Positions 1 through 9,194 of a DNA stretch of 32,000 nt are shown in pieces (position 1 is the stretch's first letter; each line of letters opens with the position of its first letter). Below the pieces are notes generated by a model, which saw only the letters and a list, made by a program, of their open reading frames with translations, ran no database searches and was not told where the DNA came from. Made by a program: the position numbers and the translations under genes. Source of the stretch: Candidatus Saccharimonadota bacterium. Lineage in GTDB: Bacteria; Patescibacteriota; Patescibacteriia; 2-12-FULL-60-25. Location of the stretch: assembly GCA_022843095.1 (NCBI GenBank), contig JALHOH010000001.1:390001-422000 (forward strand), read 5' to 3'.

Positions 1-63
1 CAGACGGACGAGCCGATCCTCGCGTATCTTGCGCGGGAATGGGGGACGGAAAGGGATTTCTAG
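1..63 (+). CDS. 3' end of an unidentified CDS entering from upstream of the window (last 20 codons, QTDEPILAYLAREWGTERDF*)
   Basis: Frame 1 is open from base 1 to TAG at 61-63. A strong + strand terminator follows 8 nt later. Too short to identify. Confidence 0.3.
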   Translation, partial: QTDEPILAYLAREWGTERDF

Positions 64-71
64 ACGCAAGG

Positions 72-99
72 CCCCGCACCATCTGGTGCGGGGTTTTTT
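72..99 (+). terminator. Rho-independent terminator
   Basis: 9-bp GC-rich stem ccccgcacc / ggtgcgggg with a 4-nt loop (atct), followed by TTTTTT (94-99). The U-tract is on the + strand only, so it serves the upstream + strand gene. It may also act weakly on the convergent - strand gene. Confidence 0.65.
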
Positions 100-102
100 G
101 GA

Positions 103-666
103 TCAAAACGTGAGTGATCCGCGAAATCCACGTGCGGCGTAATACGAGGACGCGCCATTGTGATAGACGAACACCGTATCATACCGACGATCCATGAAAA
201 GCGCGCCCCCTTTTTGGCGGATGCGCGCAGGGGTTTCGATCCAGCTTGATGTTTTCTGATCAAATGCGCCGAGCGTCTGGAGGTACCGATAGTCATCTTC
301 AGAAAGAAGCGTAATCCCGAGGGCGCGCGCGACTTCTGTCGCTGCATTTTTGGGTGGATGCTCTGTGCGTGCGTTGAGCGCGTCGCGATCGTAGCAGAGG
401 CTACGCCGTCCGGCCGGGCTTTCGGCTGCGCAATCAAACCAGCGGAATGCCCCTGTTTTTTTCTCTTTTCCGACCACATCCGGTTCGCCACCCGTGTCCT
501 CCATCTGAAACAGCGACCACGTCCCTTCGGGATGGTCCAGAAGCCGAGCCTCGACCTGGTGCCAGGTGATGCCAGCATGACGTTCCGGATGCGCAAGAAA
601 CCGTCGCTCCAGCGTTTCAAGAAACGATGCTTGCTGTGCGTTTGTGAGCGTTTTTCGTGTGGCCAT
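103..666 (-). CDS. DUF4256 domain-containing protein
   Basis: 187-aa ORF with an ATG start. Recalled family hallmarks: WSLFQMEDTGGEPDVVG, CYDRDAL, SSWIETP, GGALFMDRRYDTVFVYHNGASSYYAARGFRG. Confidence 0.75.
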   Translation of the reverse strand: MATRKTLTNAQQASFLETLERRFLAHPERHAGITWHQVEARLLDHPEGTWSLFQMEDTGGEPDVVGKEKKTGAFRWFDCAAESPAGRRSLCYDRDALNARTEHPPKNAATEVARALGITLLSEDDYRYLQTLGAFDQKTSSWIETPARIRQKGGALFMDRRYDTVFVYHNGASSYYAARGFRGSLTF

Positions 667-674
667 AGCGGCGG

Positions 675-2165
675 TTAGTGAACGAGTTGCGTACTGAGAT
701 ATTCCACCGGGGCATAGCGATCGGTAAACGGGGGGTGGGCATGCGTGACGATTGGATACACCGCTGGTTCGCGCAACACGTCGTTGCGATCGAGGATGGC
801 ACGAATTTCGTCGTCGCTTGGCTCGCGGACGTTCGAGAGGAGTAGGAGGGTGTTGGTGAGATCCTCGGCGTCATCTTTATCGTCGATGCGTGCAAGTTTT
901 GCGTAGCGAAACTGCGTTTTTGCCGCACCGATGATTCCGGACATGAGACGCGCATTTGCGTCACGTTCCAGGTCTTCATGCAGGATAAAATTCATCGCGA
1001 CCAGCGCGTCGTCGGTTACGTGCGCACGAAGATTTGCCCATGCTTCGACGGTGACCAAATGCCACGGAACCGTGAGGTGATCCGCATACGCATCCAACAT
1101 GACCACATCGTAGCGTTCCGTGCGTGGGGTAAGAGCGGCGCGTCCGTCGCCTTCCAGGATGGTGAGCCGAGGGTCGTCCTTTAGATCAAAATAGGTTTTG
1201 GAGGCGGTGATGGCAGCGGGATCCCGTTCGATCACGGTTGCGGTGCGTCCTGGGGCGGAATCGATCCACGCGCGGGCGCCATGAAACGTCCCTCCGCCGA
1301 TGGCAAGAAACGTTTTGGCGTTGGGGGTCAGGAGATCTGTGAAATCCTGAAACAGATCGTAATAGGGAAAAAACGAACGGGACGGGTCTGCGAGCGTGGT
1401 TCCGCCATGCGCAACGCGATCCATCCACAGGATTTTGACGGGCGTCCCAAGATACGTCGAGGTTCCGATCCGCATCGAGCTATAGGCGCTTGGAATAAAC
1501 GTCCCCGGTGGACCGTCTGCGGTTTGTCCGGCGAAGAGCGCGCCCGCGGCAAGGCAGCCGGCCGCTACTTGTTTTGGAAATGCTGGGCGAAGAATCCAAA
1601 GACCCGTGGCGTACAAGATGATGGTGATGACGGCAAGAATCCAATGTGTCGGCCAAATCGCGATAAAGACGTAGCCGGTAAGATACGTCCCCGCAAGACT
1701 GCCGACGGTGCCAATGGCAGAAAGGCGTCCGGCAATGTGTCCCGCGTCGCCAAGCTCATGCAGCGCAAGACGGACGGCGACGGGACTGACTGCGCCAAGG
1801 ATGAGCGCCGCGGGGGTCAGAAGCAGGAGTGCGAGCACAGGAACGGCTGCGCCTTCCGGAAGCCATCCGATGAGCCAGGTGGCAAGGTCGTACGCAAACG
1901 TTAAAAACGACGCCAAAACACCGCCTGTGAAAAGCAGTCCGCCGAGAATCCGGCGATCCGGGCGCTTGTCTGCCACGATGCCTCCGACCCATGCACCCGC
2001 GGCAAGGGAAAGGAGCACGACGCCGATCAAATTCGTCCAGACGAGGACGGAGGTGCCAACGGCGGGCGCGATCAACCGAGAGGCTAAGATTTCGATCCCC
2101 ATGACGGCAAACCCAGACACAAACGACGCTGCATAAATCTCTGGAGCGATGCGGACGCGTGGCAT
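675..2165 (-). CDS. Fused polytopic-membrane / spermidine-synthase-like (class I SAM-MTase fold) protein
   Basis: 496 aa. The N-terminal ~200 aa form multiple hydrophobic helices. The C-terminal half has a spermidine-synthase-like layout (FLAIGGGTF..., VIERDP, VMLDAYAD). Confidence 0.7.
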   Translation of the reverse strand: MPRVRIAPEIYAASFVSGFAVMGIEILASRLIAPAVGTSVLVWTNLIGVVLLSLAAGAWVGGIVADKRPDRRILGGLLFTGGVLASFLTFAYDLATWLIGWLPEGAAVPVLALLLLTPAALILGAVSPVAVRLALHELGDAGHIAGRLSAIGTVGSLAGTYLTGYVFIAIWPTHWILAVITIILYATGLWILRPAFPKQVAAGCLAAGALFAGQTADGPPGTFIPSAYSSMRIGTSTYLGTPVKILWMDRVAHGGTTLADPSRSFFPYYDLFQDFTDLLTPNAKTFLAIGGGTFHGARAWIDSAPGRTATVIERDPAAITASKTYFDLKDDPRLTILEGDGRAALTPRTERYDVVMLDAYADHLTVPWHLVTVEAWANLRAHVTDDALVAMNFILHEDLERDANARLMSGIIGAAKTQFRYAKLARIDDKDDAEDLTNTLLLLSNVREPSDDEIRAILDRNDVLREPAVYPIVTHAHPPFTDRYAPVEYLSTQLVH

Positions 2166-2199
2166 AGTGCAAAAAGCCTAGCGTATGGGGAGGGTTCTC

Positions 2200-3282
2200 T
2201 CAACGACGATGACGTAATCCGTGTGCGATTTCCTCGCATTGAGCGTGGATTTCTTCCGGCGTGAACATCCCTTTCAATAGTTCGCGCAACACCTTTTGTT
2301 TTTGCTCGATGGTCCAGTAAGCATCCGGACCACCCGGGGGCCGTCCGTCTTTTTCCCAATGCGCAAGCGAATCCTGTGCAATGCGCTTTCCAATTTTTAA
2401 TAGGATGATTTCTTGAATACGCTCCTTTTCCTCGCGCAATCGTTCCATACTCAGTGCAAGTTTCCGATGCTTTCCTGCAGCCTTTTTTCCAGTCATGAGT
2501 TGGACGCCTCGTGTCGCGTGGCTTGGTCCGGATGAAATCTTGTCGTCCGGAGAGGATTCGATTTGTACCCCTCGTGTATACGATGTGCGACGAATAATTA
2601 AATCGATTTTCTGTTCTAAGTCATGGTAGATATCCGCATATTCTAAACAGAATAATACGGGAAGATCGAGTGTGATTTTTAGCAAAAAACCATTAATCAT
2701 CCGTTCGGCGAGGTGACCCAGATTCACCGGAGCGCCTCGATCTTTAATGAGAGCGGCATATTTCATTCGATGCCACTTATCTCCGCGCGGACCTTCTTCC
2801 GTCGCGATCTGAACATCCAAATATTTTTCCAATGCGCGTTTGGTTTCTTCGATGGCAAAACGTTTTTGAATCGTCTTTGGGACGTGTGCATCAAGAACGT
2901 ACGGGATATCCCATAAACGATCTGCGCAGATTTCCCCGATGGTGATATGTTCACGCGTTCCATCCGGATGGGCCCACGCGATTCCGTGTGCGTCCGGGAG
3001 AATAATGCGTGCATCAGGCGTGTGTTCAAACGCGGGTTCGCCCCTCGAAATGCGTTGGAGTTGTGAATGTAGCTGCTCCATCCGCAGCATTTTTTCATCT
3101 TGGAGACGAAAGATTTTTTCCTGCCGATCAACGGGGATGCCGGCGGATTCTGCAGCTTTTTCTTTGTGCCATCCAAGAACGGTGCGCAATCGCTCTTCTT
3201 CAAGTGGAGTGATTCCTGGTTTGTGTAGGTCCTTCGCGATCAAGTGATACGTTTCAAGTGTATGTTGAAATTTTGGGCGCAT
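2200..3282 (-). CDS. Hypothetical protein (360 aa), no family recognised
   Basis: Long ORF. I place the start at the ATG at 3282 (MRPKFQHT...), because the track's start at 3393 would overlap the end of polX by ~100 nt. This start lies 14 nt downstream of the polX stop. No catalytic motif identified. The middle of the gene is conspicuously AT-rich. Confidence 0.55.
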   Translation of the reverse strand: MRPKFQHTLETYHLIAKDLHKPGITPLEEERLRTVLGWHKEKAAESAGIPVDRQEKIFRLQDEKMLRMEQLHSQLQRISRGEPAFEHTPDARIILPDAHGIAWAHPDGTREHITIGEICADRLWDIPYVLDAHVPKTIQKRFAIEETKRALEKYLDVQIATEEGPRGDKWHRMKYAALIKDRGAPVNLGHLAERMINGFLLKITLDLPVLFCLEYADIYHDLEQKIDLIIRRTSYTRGVQIESSPDDKISSGPSHATRGVQLMTGKKAAGKHRKLALSMERLREEKERIQEIILLKIGKRIAQDSLAHWEKDGRPPGGPDAYWTIEQKQKVLRELLKGMFTPEEIHAQCEEIAHGLRHRR

Positions 3283-3296
3283 ACATTTTGAAGAAA

Positions 3297-5045
3297 TTAA
3301 GCAGTCCAATGGGGCCGGGGGCGTTTTTTTTCGAGCCAGGCACGCAACTGTGTAAGTGTTTTTGTGTTGATGATGTCTTGCGTGCGCGCCCATCCGCGCC
3401 GCGCGATCGCCTCACCGAAAGAAAGGTAGCCAAGATGTGATCGTGCATGGGCGTCGGTATCGATGACGAGTGGAACACCGGCATCCACCGCCATTCGCAC
3501 ATGCAGATCGTGGAGGTCGCTTCGATCTGGGTACGCGTCGATCTCGAGGGCGACACGGCAGCGTTTTGCCTCGGCCAAGAGTTCCGCAAAATCGATGGCG
3601 TACGGTTCACGCTTACCAATAATACGTCCGGTCGGATGAAACAGGCAGTCCACGTGTGGGTTCTGGATGGCGCGGAGAATGCGCTTCGTCATCGTGGCCC
3701 GCGGAAGGGTGAAGCTGGAATGAACGGAGACGCCGACCCAGTCCAGGGTCGCGAGGGTCGCATCCGGAAGATCCAACGAACCATCCCGTTTGATATCGAC
3801 CTCCGCACCTTTGAGGAGTCGTGCACAGCCCTGGATACGGCGCGTGTTCAACGTATCGATTTCTTTTCCCTGGGCGCGGATCCGTTTTGTATCCAATCCG
3901 CCGATGAAGGCGAGGGACTTGGTGTGATCCGTAATGGCGAGATAGGCGCGTCCGATTCCGTGCGCTTCGCGTGCCATTTCTTCGATGGTCGCCTCTCCGT
4001 CCGTCCAGGTGGTTTGCGTTTGTAAATCTCCGCGCACCGCTCCATAGGGGAGGAGATCGGGGAGTGTGTGGTCAACTGCGGCGGTGATTTCCTCTCCGCC
4101 AACGCGCAGTTCTGGGGGTGGGGTCGCCATCCCGAGTGCAGCATAGATGTCTTCTTCCGTCGCGCAGGCGATGCGGGTTTTTCCGCGGAATAATCCATAC
4201 TCATTCAACGTGAAGCCGCGCGTCCTAGCGTGTTCGCGTAGTAGGACGTTATGACGTTTATCGCCCGTAAAATATTGCAATGTCGCACCGAACACGGCGT
4301 CAGGCACCACGCGCAGATCCGCATCCATCCCATTTTTTAGTCGCACGCTGGCTTTTGTCCCTCCCTGTTCCAACACGGTTTCAACCTCAGGAAAACGGAG
4401 AAATGCTGACAAGACCTGTTTTGGTGCGGGAGAGGTGGCGATTAGATCGATGTCTCCGATGGTTTCTTGCCGTCGTCGCACAGATCCTGCAGTAGTGGCG
4501 CGTATGACATGTGGAATTGCGGTGAGCTGACGGACAAGTGATTCCGCGAGCGGGAGCGCGTCTGCTAAGAGGTGGCGGCCGCTGGATCGTTCAAGGAGCG
4601 CGATCCCACGTGCCAGTTTTTCTTCGCTTTTACTCCCAAATCCCGGCACCGACCGTACGCGTTCCTGTTGAATGGCGCGCTTCAGCTGTTCGCGCGTTTT
4701 AATGCCCAATGCCTGGTAGAGTGTAAAAATGTGCTTTGGACCTAACCCTTCGATGCGAAGCAATTCGGCCACCTCCACGGGAAAACGTTTTCGTAGAGCG
4801 CGCCATTCCGGGATCGCTCCACGCGTAAAATAGTCCTGGAAATGCTGCGCGAGCCCTTCTCCAATGCCGGGAAACGCACGCAAGCCCTTGACCCCTTCTT
4901 TTTTCCAGGCATCACGTAGTTCTTGCTCCCGTGATTCCGCAAGCTCGGCGGCAAACGCATAGGCGCGAGCACGAAACGGAGCGCGTTCGATGGTGTGCCA
5001 AGCGGCCAGTTCTGTGAGTTGAGCGGCAAGTGACGGAGAAGACAT
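3297..5045 (-). CDS. polX: DNA polymerase X family protein with C-terminal PHP phosphoesterase domain
   Basis: 582 aa from the ATG at 5045 (MSSPSLAAQL...). This start avoids overlap with the divergent kinase gene. N-terminal Pol-beta-like region with HhH motifs (GIGEGLA, GLGPK, GFGSK) and palm motif GDIDLIA. C-terminal PHP motifs (AITDHT, SVHSS, IDTDAH). Confidence 0.85.
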   Translation of the reverse strand: MSSPSLAAQLTELAAWHTIERAPFRARAYAFAAELAESREQELRDAWKKEGVKGLRAFPGIGEGLAQHFQDYFTRGAIPEWRALRKRFPVEVAELLRIEGLGPKHIFTLYQALGIKTREQLKRAIQQERVRSVPGFGSKSEEKLARGIALLERSSGRHLLADALPLAESLVRQLTAIPHVIRATTAGSVRRRQETIGDIDLIATSPAPKQVLSAFLRFPEVETVLEQGGTKASVRLKNGMDADLRVVPDAVFGATLQYFTGDKRHNVLLREHARTRGFTLNEYGLFRGKTRIACATEEDIYAALGMATPPPELRVGGEEITAAVDHTLPDLLPYGAVRGDLQTQTTWTDGEATIEEMAREAHGIGRAYLAITDHTKSLAFIGGLDTKRIRAQGKEIDTLNTRRIQGCARLLKGAEVDIKRDGSLDLPDATLATLDWVGVSVHSSFTLPRATMTKRILRAIQNPHVDCLFHPTGRIIGKREPYAIDFAELLAEAKRCRVALEIDAYPDRSDLHDLHVRMAVDAGVPLVIDTDAHARSHLGYLSFGEAIARRGWARTQDIINTKTLTQLRAWLEKKRPRPHWTA

Positions 5046-5084
5046 GGCTAAAGTGTAGCACGCTAGTGAACCGAAGCGATCGTC

Positions 5085-5093
5085 TGGTATACT
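5085..5093 (+). promoter_or_regulatory. Possible extended -10 promoter element (TGgTATACT) for the kinase gene
   Basis: TGGTATACT ends 7 nt before the ATG at 5101, which would imply a leaderless or near-leaderless mRNA. No SD sequence is present. Motif match only. Confidence 0.25.
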
Positions 5094-5100
5094 TATCGGT

Positions 5101-7230
5101 ATGCGGCTGCGAGCAAAAACAATCCTCGTCACCTGTCTCGCAGGGCTGACATTTTTTTTGCTAGTGTTGTCCGTTGAATGGTTTATTATTGCAGGAAGTT
5201 ATACCCAAATTGAAGAAGAGACGGGTCGTCGATCGGTGGAGGCGGCGGAAAACGTGTTGCGTCGTGAGCACGATACGTTGCATGTGTTGGCGCAGGACTA
5301 TGCGGGGTGGGACGATGCCTATCGATACATTCAAGACAGAAACCGCGCCTTCGAAGAAAGTAACCTGGTGGAAGAAGGGTTTTCTGGTCTACACATGTCG
5401 TTCATGGCCTTCCTAAATCAGGAGGGCAGTATCGTATTTGCAAAATGGTTTGATCGAGAGACGGGTAAATTTGCTCCGATCCCACCGGATGTGTTCAACC
5501 ATATTTCAGAACGGGATGGGTTGACCGTTCGGCGGTCTCCGGATGATGCGGTTCATGGCATCTTGGAAACAAGCGAGGGACTTCTCCTTGTTGCATCTGA
5601 GCCGATTATAAAGAGCGATAAGACAGGTCCGGTGATGGGCACGCTGATCATGGGGCGTTTGGTTGATCGGAATCTGGTGCAGTCGTTATCACGGATCTTG
5701 AATCGTGGGGTCGATATCCTTCCATTAAATGGGGGAACAGATCCTGTGTTTCTACGGGAACAAATAATGTTGGATGCATGTCCGTGTAATATTCGGGTGA
5801 ACGACGATGAGATGGTGACCTATTCGGTCTTGCGCGACGTTCATGGTGCTCCAACGCGAATTCTGCGTGTCGCCAGTCAAAGAAGCTCGTTTCAGGTAGG
5901 ACGGTTGAGCTTGGTTACCACCGCCATCGCGTTTGGGTTAGGTGTGGCGGGATACATGCTCCTCATGTTCTTGTTGCTGCGGCGTTTTGTGACCGATCCA
6001 GTAGGTCAACTCGCGAATGCAGTTCATCGGATTCGACCCGGTGCAACACGAATTGACCCCGGCACGTTTCATACGGGAACAAATGACGAGATTGCGACGC
6101 TGGGCGCGGCATTTTTTGATGCCTACACTGAGCTGAATCATCATCGCGTCGAGATCGAGCGTCAGCGTAGCCGTCTTTCGGCTATTTTGAATGCGAGTGT
6201 TGAGGGGATTGTGGTGTTGGATACCAAACGGCACATCGTTCTTGCGAATCCGGCATTTGCACGAATGATCGGATTAAAATTGCCTCAGATTCAAGGACAA
6301 AAGTTTGGTGAATTTATTTCATTTGCAGAAGAAAAAACATTAAATCCCGCAAATGAATTGCTGGATCGCGTCATGCGAACGGGATCACAGATCGCTGCTG
6401 CCGAATCGGGTCCGTTAGTGCTTTTTGGCAAAAAGCAGATCCCGCTCCCAGTCTCCGTTTCGATCGCTCCGTTGAATGGGCAGGAAGAAGCGGTGCAGGG
6501 TTGTGTGCTTTCGATCCATGATGCCACGATCGAGCGCGAGCTTGAGCGAAGGCAATCAGATTTCGTTTCCGTCGCCAGTCATCAACTTCGCTCGCCTCTC
6601 ACCTCGATAAAATGGGGGATTGAGCTGTTGCGTGATGGGTTTCCTTATCAGAAGAAGGCTTTTCATGAGCAGGTTGATGATTTAGAAAAAGTTACCAATC
6701 AGATGGTGGTACTGGTGAATGAGTTGTTGCGCGTTTCACGCATCGACGCGGGCAAGTTGTCGCCCTTAAAATTAGTGAAAACTGATGTCGTGACCTTGCT
6801 CGAGGAGGTTTTGCATGAATTAGAACCGTTTCGAAAAGAACGGAATGTACGGATAAAATTAGATATTGCAGAGAAATCTATGATGGCGAGTGTGGATCCA
6901 ACCCAATTTGCACTCGTGTTTTCGAATATCATCAATAACGCCATAAAATATTCCCCGATCGATTCGGAGGTGCAGGTTTCGCTTCACCTGACCGCACGGT
7001 TAATAAAATTTTCTGTGACGGACGCGGGTTTTGGGATTCCGAAAAAGCAACAGCATCGTATTTTTGATCGGTTGTTCCGTGCGGATAACGTGATGACAAA
7101 AGTAGAGGGAACAGGGCTTGGGCTCTATATCGCAAAAGACATCGTGACACAGCATCACGGAGAAATCTGGTTTGAATCCAAAGAAGGGAAGGGGACGACG
7201 TTTTTTGTCACGATCCCTCGGGGTCACTAG
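5101..7230 (+). CDS. Sensor histidine kinase (TM - CHASE4-like periplasmic domain - TM - HAMP - PAS - HisKA - HATPase_c)
   Basis: 709 aa. N-terminal TM helix, then a CHASE4-like signature (LAQDYAGWDDAYRYI) and a second TM (LVTTAIAFGLGVAGYMLLMFLLL). HAMP region, PAS (LSAILNASVEGIVVLD), H-box SHQLRSPLTSI, and N/G boxes (NNAIKYS, DAGFGIP, GTGLGLYI). Confidence 0.85.
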   Translation: MRLRAKTILVTCLAGLTFFLLVLSVEWFIIAGSYTQIEEETGRRSVEAAENVLRREHDTLHVLAQDYAGWDDAYRYIQDRNRAFEESNLVEEGFSGLHMSFMAFLNQEGSIVFAKWFDRETGKFAPIPPDVFNHISERDGLTVRRSPDDAVHGILETSEGLLLVASEPIIKSDKTGPVMGTLIMGRLVDRNLVQSLSRILNRGVDILPLNGGTDPVFLREQIMLDACPCNIRVNDDEMVTYSVLRDVHGAPTRILRVASQRSSFQVGRLSLVTTAIAFGLGVAGYMLLMFLLLRRFVTDPVGQLANAVHRIRPGATRIDPGTFHTGTNDEIATLGAAFFDAYTELNHHRVEIERQRSRLSAILNASVEGIVVLDTKRHIVLANPAFARMIGLKLPQIQGQKFGEFISFAEEKTLNPANELLDRVMRTGSQIAAAESGPLVLFGKKQIPLPVSVSIAPLNGQEEAVQGCVLSIHDATIERELERRQSDFVSVASHQLRSPLTSIKWGIELLRDGFPYQKKAFHEQVDDLEKVTNQMVVLVNELLRVSRIDAGKLSPLKLVKTDVVTLLEEVLHELEPFRKERNVRIKLDIAEKSMMASVDPTQFALVFSNIINNAIKYSPIDSEVQVSLHLTARLIKFSVTDAGFGIPKKQQHRIFDRLFRADNVMTKVEGTGLGLYIAKDIVTQHHGEIWFESKEGKGTTFFVTIPRGH

Positions 7231-8144
7231 CGTTTGTTTCCACTTTTTAGCAAGCGAATTTTCCGTTTTGCGACTTCGGTCATGAGCGTCATGGCAGGCG
7301 CTAGGATTTTGCGAGGATCGATCACGGAAGGAAAATCCGCCACGGCTTCACGGACGCCGGCAGTGAATGCAAGGCGAAGATCCGTATCGATATTCACCTT
7401 TGCAATCCCGTATTTGATGGCGCTTGCAATGTCTTTATCCAGGACGCCGCGAGCATCCATCAGTTCGGCGCCGTAGTGTTCTGCGAGCTTCACCACATCC
7501 TCCAGAACCCCTGAGGCTCCATGCAACACAAGTGGCGTTTTGACGCGCGTGGCAATTTCTTTAAGTCGGGGAATATCCAGATGGGGCATCCCTTTGAACT
7601 TGTAAGCACCGTGCGCCGTTCCGATAGCCACCGCAAGCGCATCGCATCCCGTGGCACGGATAAATTCAGAGGCTTGGACCGGATCGGTGAGCGAGGCTTC
7701 TCGATCAGTTGCGCTGACGAAGTCTTCAATGCCCGCAAGGACCCCAAGTTCCGCTTCGACGGAAACGCCTTTTGCATGCGCCCATTTCACCACCTGTTTT
7801 GTGATGGTGACATTTTGCGCATACGGAAGTTTGGACCCGTCAAACATGACGCTGGTGTACCCGGCGCCGATGGCCGCTTTCAGGATGGTCAGGTCTTTTC
7901 CGTGGTCAACGTGCAGGACGACAGGGATGCTGGCTTCCGCAGCGACCCGAGCCATCGCAACCAGGTACGGCATCCCGGCGTATTCGATGGCGCCTTCGGA
8001 TGTTTGGATGATGACGGGGGATTTGAGCGCAGTCGCCGCCGTCATGACGGCTTTCAGGATCTCAAGATTGTTCACGTTAAACGCGGGTACGGCGTATTTT
8101 CCGGCGCGAGCGCGTTTTAGGAGGGGGGCGGAAGGGACGAGCAT
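7227..8144 (-). CDS. fba: Class II fructose-bisphosphate (ketose-bisphosphate) aldolase
   Basis: 305 aa. Typical class II FBA motifs: AVPAFNVNN, PVIIQTSEG, LHVDHG, SVMFDGS, VEAELG, GTAHGAYK, LVLHGASG. Substrate (FBP versus tagatose-BP) is not resolvable by eye. Confidence 0.85.
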   Translation of the reverse strand: MLVPSAPLLKRARAGKYAVPAFNVNNLEILKAVMTAATALKSPVIIQTSEGAIEYAGMPYLVAMARVAAEASIPVVLHVDHGKDLTILKAAIGAGYTSVMFDGSKLPYAQNVTITKQVVKWAHAKGVSVEAELGVLAGIEDFVSATDREASLTDPVQASEFIRATGCDALAVAIGTAHGAYKFKGMPHLDIPRLKEIATRVKTPLVLHGASGVLEDVVKLAEHYGAELMDARGVLDKDIASAIKYGIAKVNIDTDLRLAFTAGVREAVADFPSVIDPRKILAPAMTLMTEVAKRKIRLLKSGNKR

Positions 8145-8147
8145 AGA

Positions 8148-9176
8148 TTAGCCAAGTAACGGCACGGAGGTGGGATGAATGCGGGCGAATTTTTTGAGCG
8201 TTTTTGGCATGGTTTGCGTTGTAAGCAGTCCTGCCTGTGGCCCGATCTGTTGCACGACGCTCCAGGAATTTGCCGTTCCCCAGCGCATGGCATCCGGAAC
8301 GGAGTGTCCTTTTTGCAAGGCGGAGATGAAGGCGATGGTATAGCTGTCCCCGGCGCCGGTGCGTTCGACGACGGGGCCTGGAAAGATCGGAAGCGACCAG
8401 AGGGTCTTTCCATCCGTTGCGTAGGATCCCTTTGGTCCATCGGTGATCACCACGTGCTTTGCCCCAAGATGTAAAAAACTCATCAACATGTTCTGGAGTG
8501 GCCGTTCTCCGTCTTCCAAGAGCCGTGCCGCTTCTTCTTTGTTTACGATAAACACGTCCGAACGAGCGATGACGGGTTTTAATGCCTCTAAGCCACGATG
8601 GAGTTGATGGGTGCCGGGATTAAAGCACAGCTTCTGCGTGGGATGTTTTTTGAGATGGGCGAGAAGCTGCGATTCCAGTCGTTCATGTTTTTTGCCGATC
8701 GAGGTGTAATAGATCCACTTTGCCCCATCCAGGGTCGGCAACACGTACGTACGCGGATGATGAAACACAAGAATCGTTCGTTCACCATGAAAGTTCAGCA
8801 CGGTCGAATAATTGGATTCCCGATGCGTGTCGATCGTGACGTACGCGGTGTTTACATGTTCTTTTTTCCATCCCGCGATGATTTCTTTCCCCACCTGGTC
8901 GTTGCCGACGATACTCACAACGGCGGATTTGAGACCTAATCGCGCTCCACCAACCGCTGCATTTGAGGCATTTCCCGCGCCGGGCACTTTGATGACGTGT
9001 TCCACCGGAATTTTTTCGGCGTAATCAAAGCAAAGAAGACACTGCGGTTTGTTGACTTGGCAGGAAAGGGTCGCTTCGTGGATGTGCAAAAAGACGTCCA
9101 ATGTAGAATCGCCGATGGCGATCAGATCCAGGCCACGAGGAATGCGGAGAGGCATAGAGGAGGGTTCATCGATCAT
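8148..9176 (-). CDS. PfkB/ribokinase-family carbohydrate kinase
   Basis: 342 aa. PfkB signatures include the C-terminal GAGDSYTIAFISAL motif and the N-terminal IGDSTLDVF strand. Ends 3 nt upstream of fba, so likely co-transcribed. An alternative ATG start at 9155 is equally possible. Confidence 0.8.
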   Translation of the reverse strand: MIDEPSSMPLRIPRGLDLIAIGDSTLDVFLHIHEATLSCQVNKPQCLLCFDYAEKIPVEHVIKVPGAGNASNAAVGGARLGLKSAVVSIVGNDQVGKEIIAGWKKEHVNTAYVTIDTHRESNYSTVLNFHGERTILVFHHPRTYVLPTLDGAKWIYYTSIGKKHERLESQLLAHLKKHPTQKLCFNPGTHQLHRGLEALKPVIARSDVFIVNKEEAARLLEDGERPLQNMLMSFLHLGAKHVVITDGPKGSYATDGKTLWSLPIFPGPVVERTGAGDSYTIAFISALQKGHSVPDAMRWGTANSWSVVQQIGPQAGLLTTQTMPKTLKKFARIHPTSVPLLG

Positions 9177-9194
9177 GATACACTAGTCCGTGCT

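Noticed and set aside
3283-3393. N-terminal extensions in the ORF track: 3283-3393, 5046-5132, 8997-9194, 12518-12565, 16039-16110, 19231-19239, 25498-25554, 26030-26092, 27349-27369 and 31440-31484.
   Set aside because: The extensions overlap neighbouring genes or precede obvious signal peptides or conserved N-termini. Two of them start at TTG. Internal ATG starts give non-overlapping, sensible proteins. Exact starts for pfkB and pgi remain uncertain.
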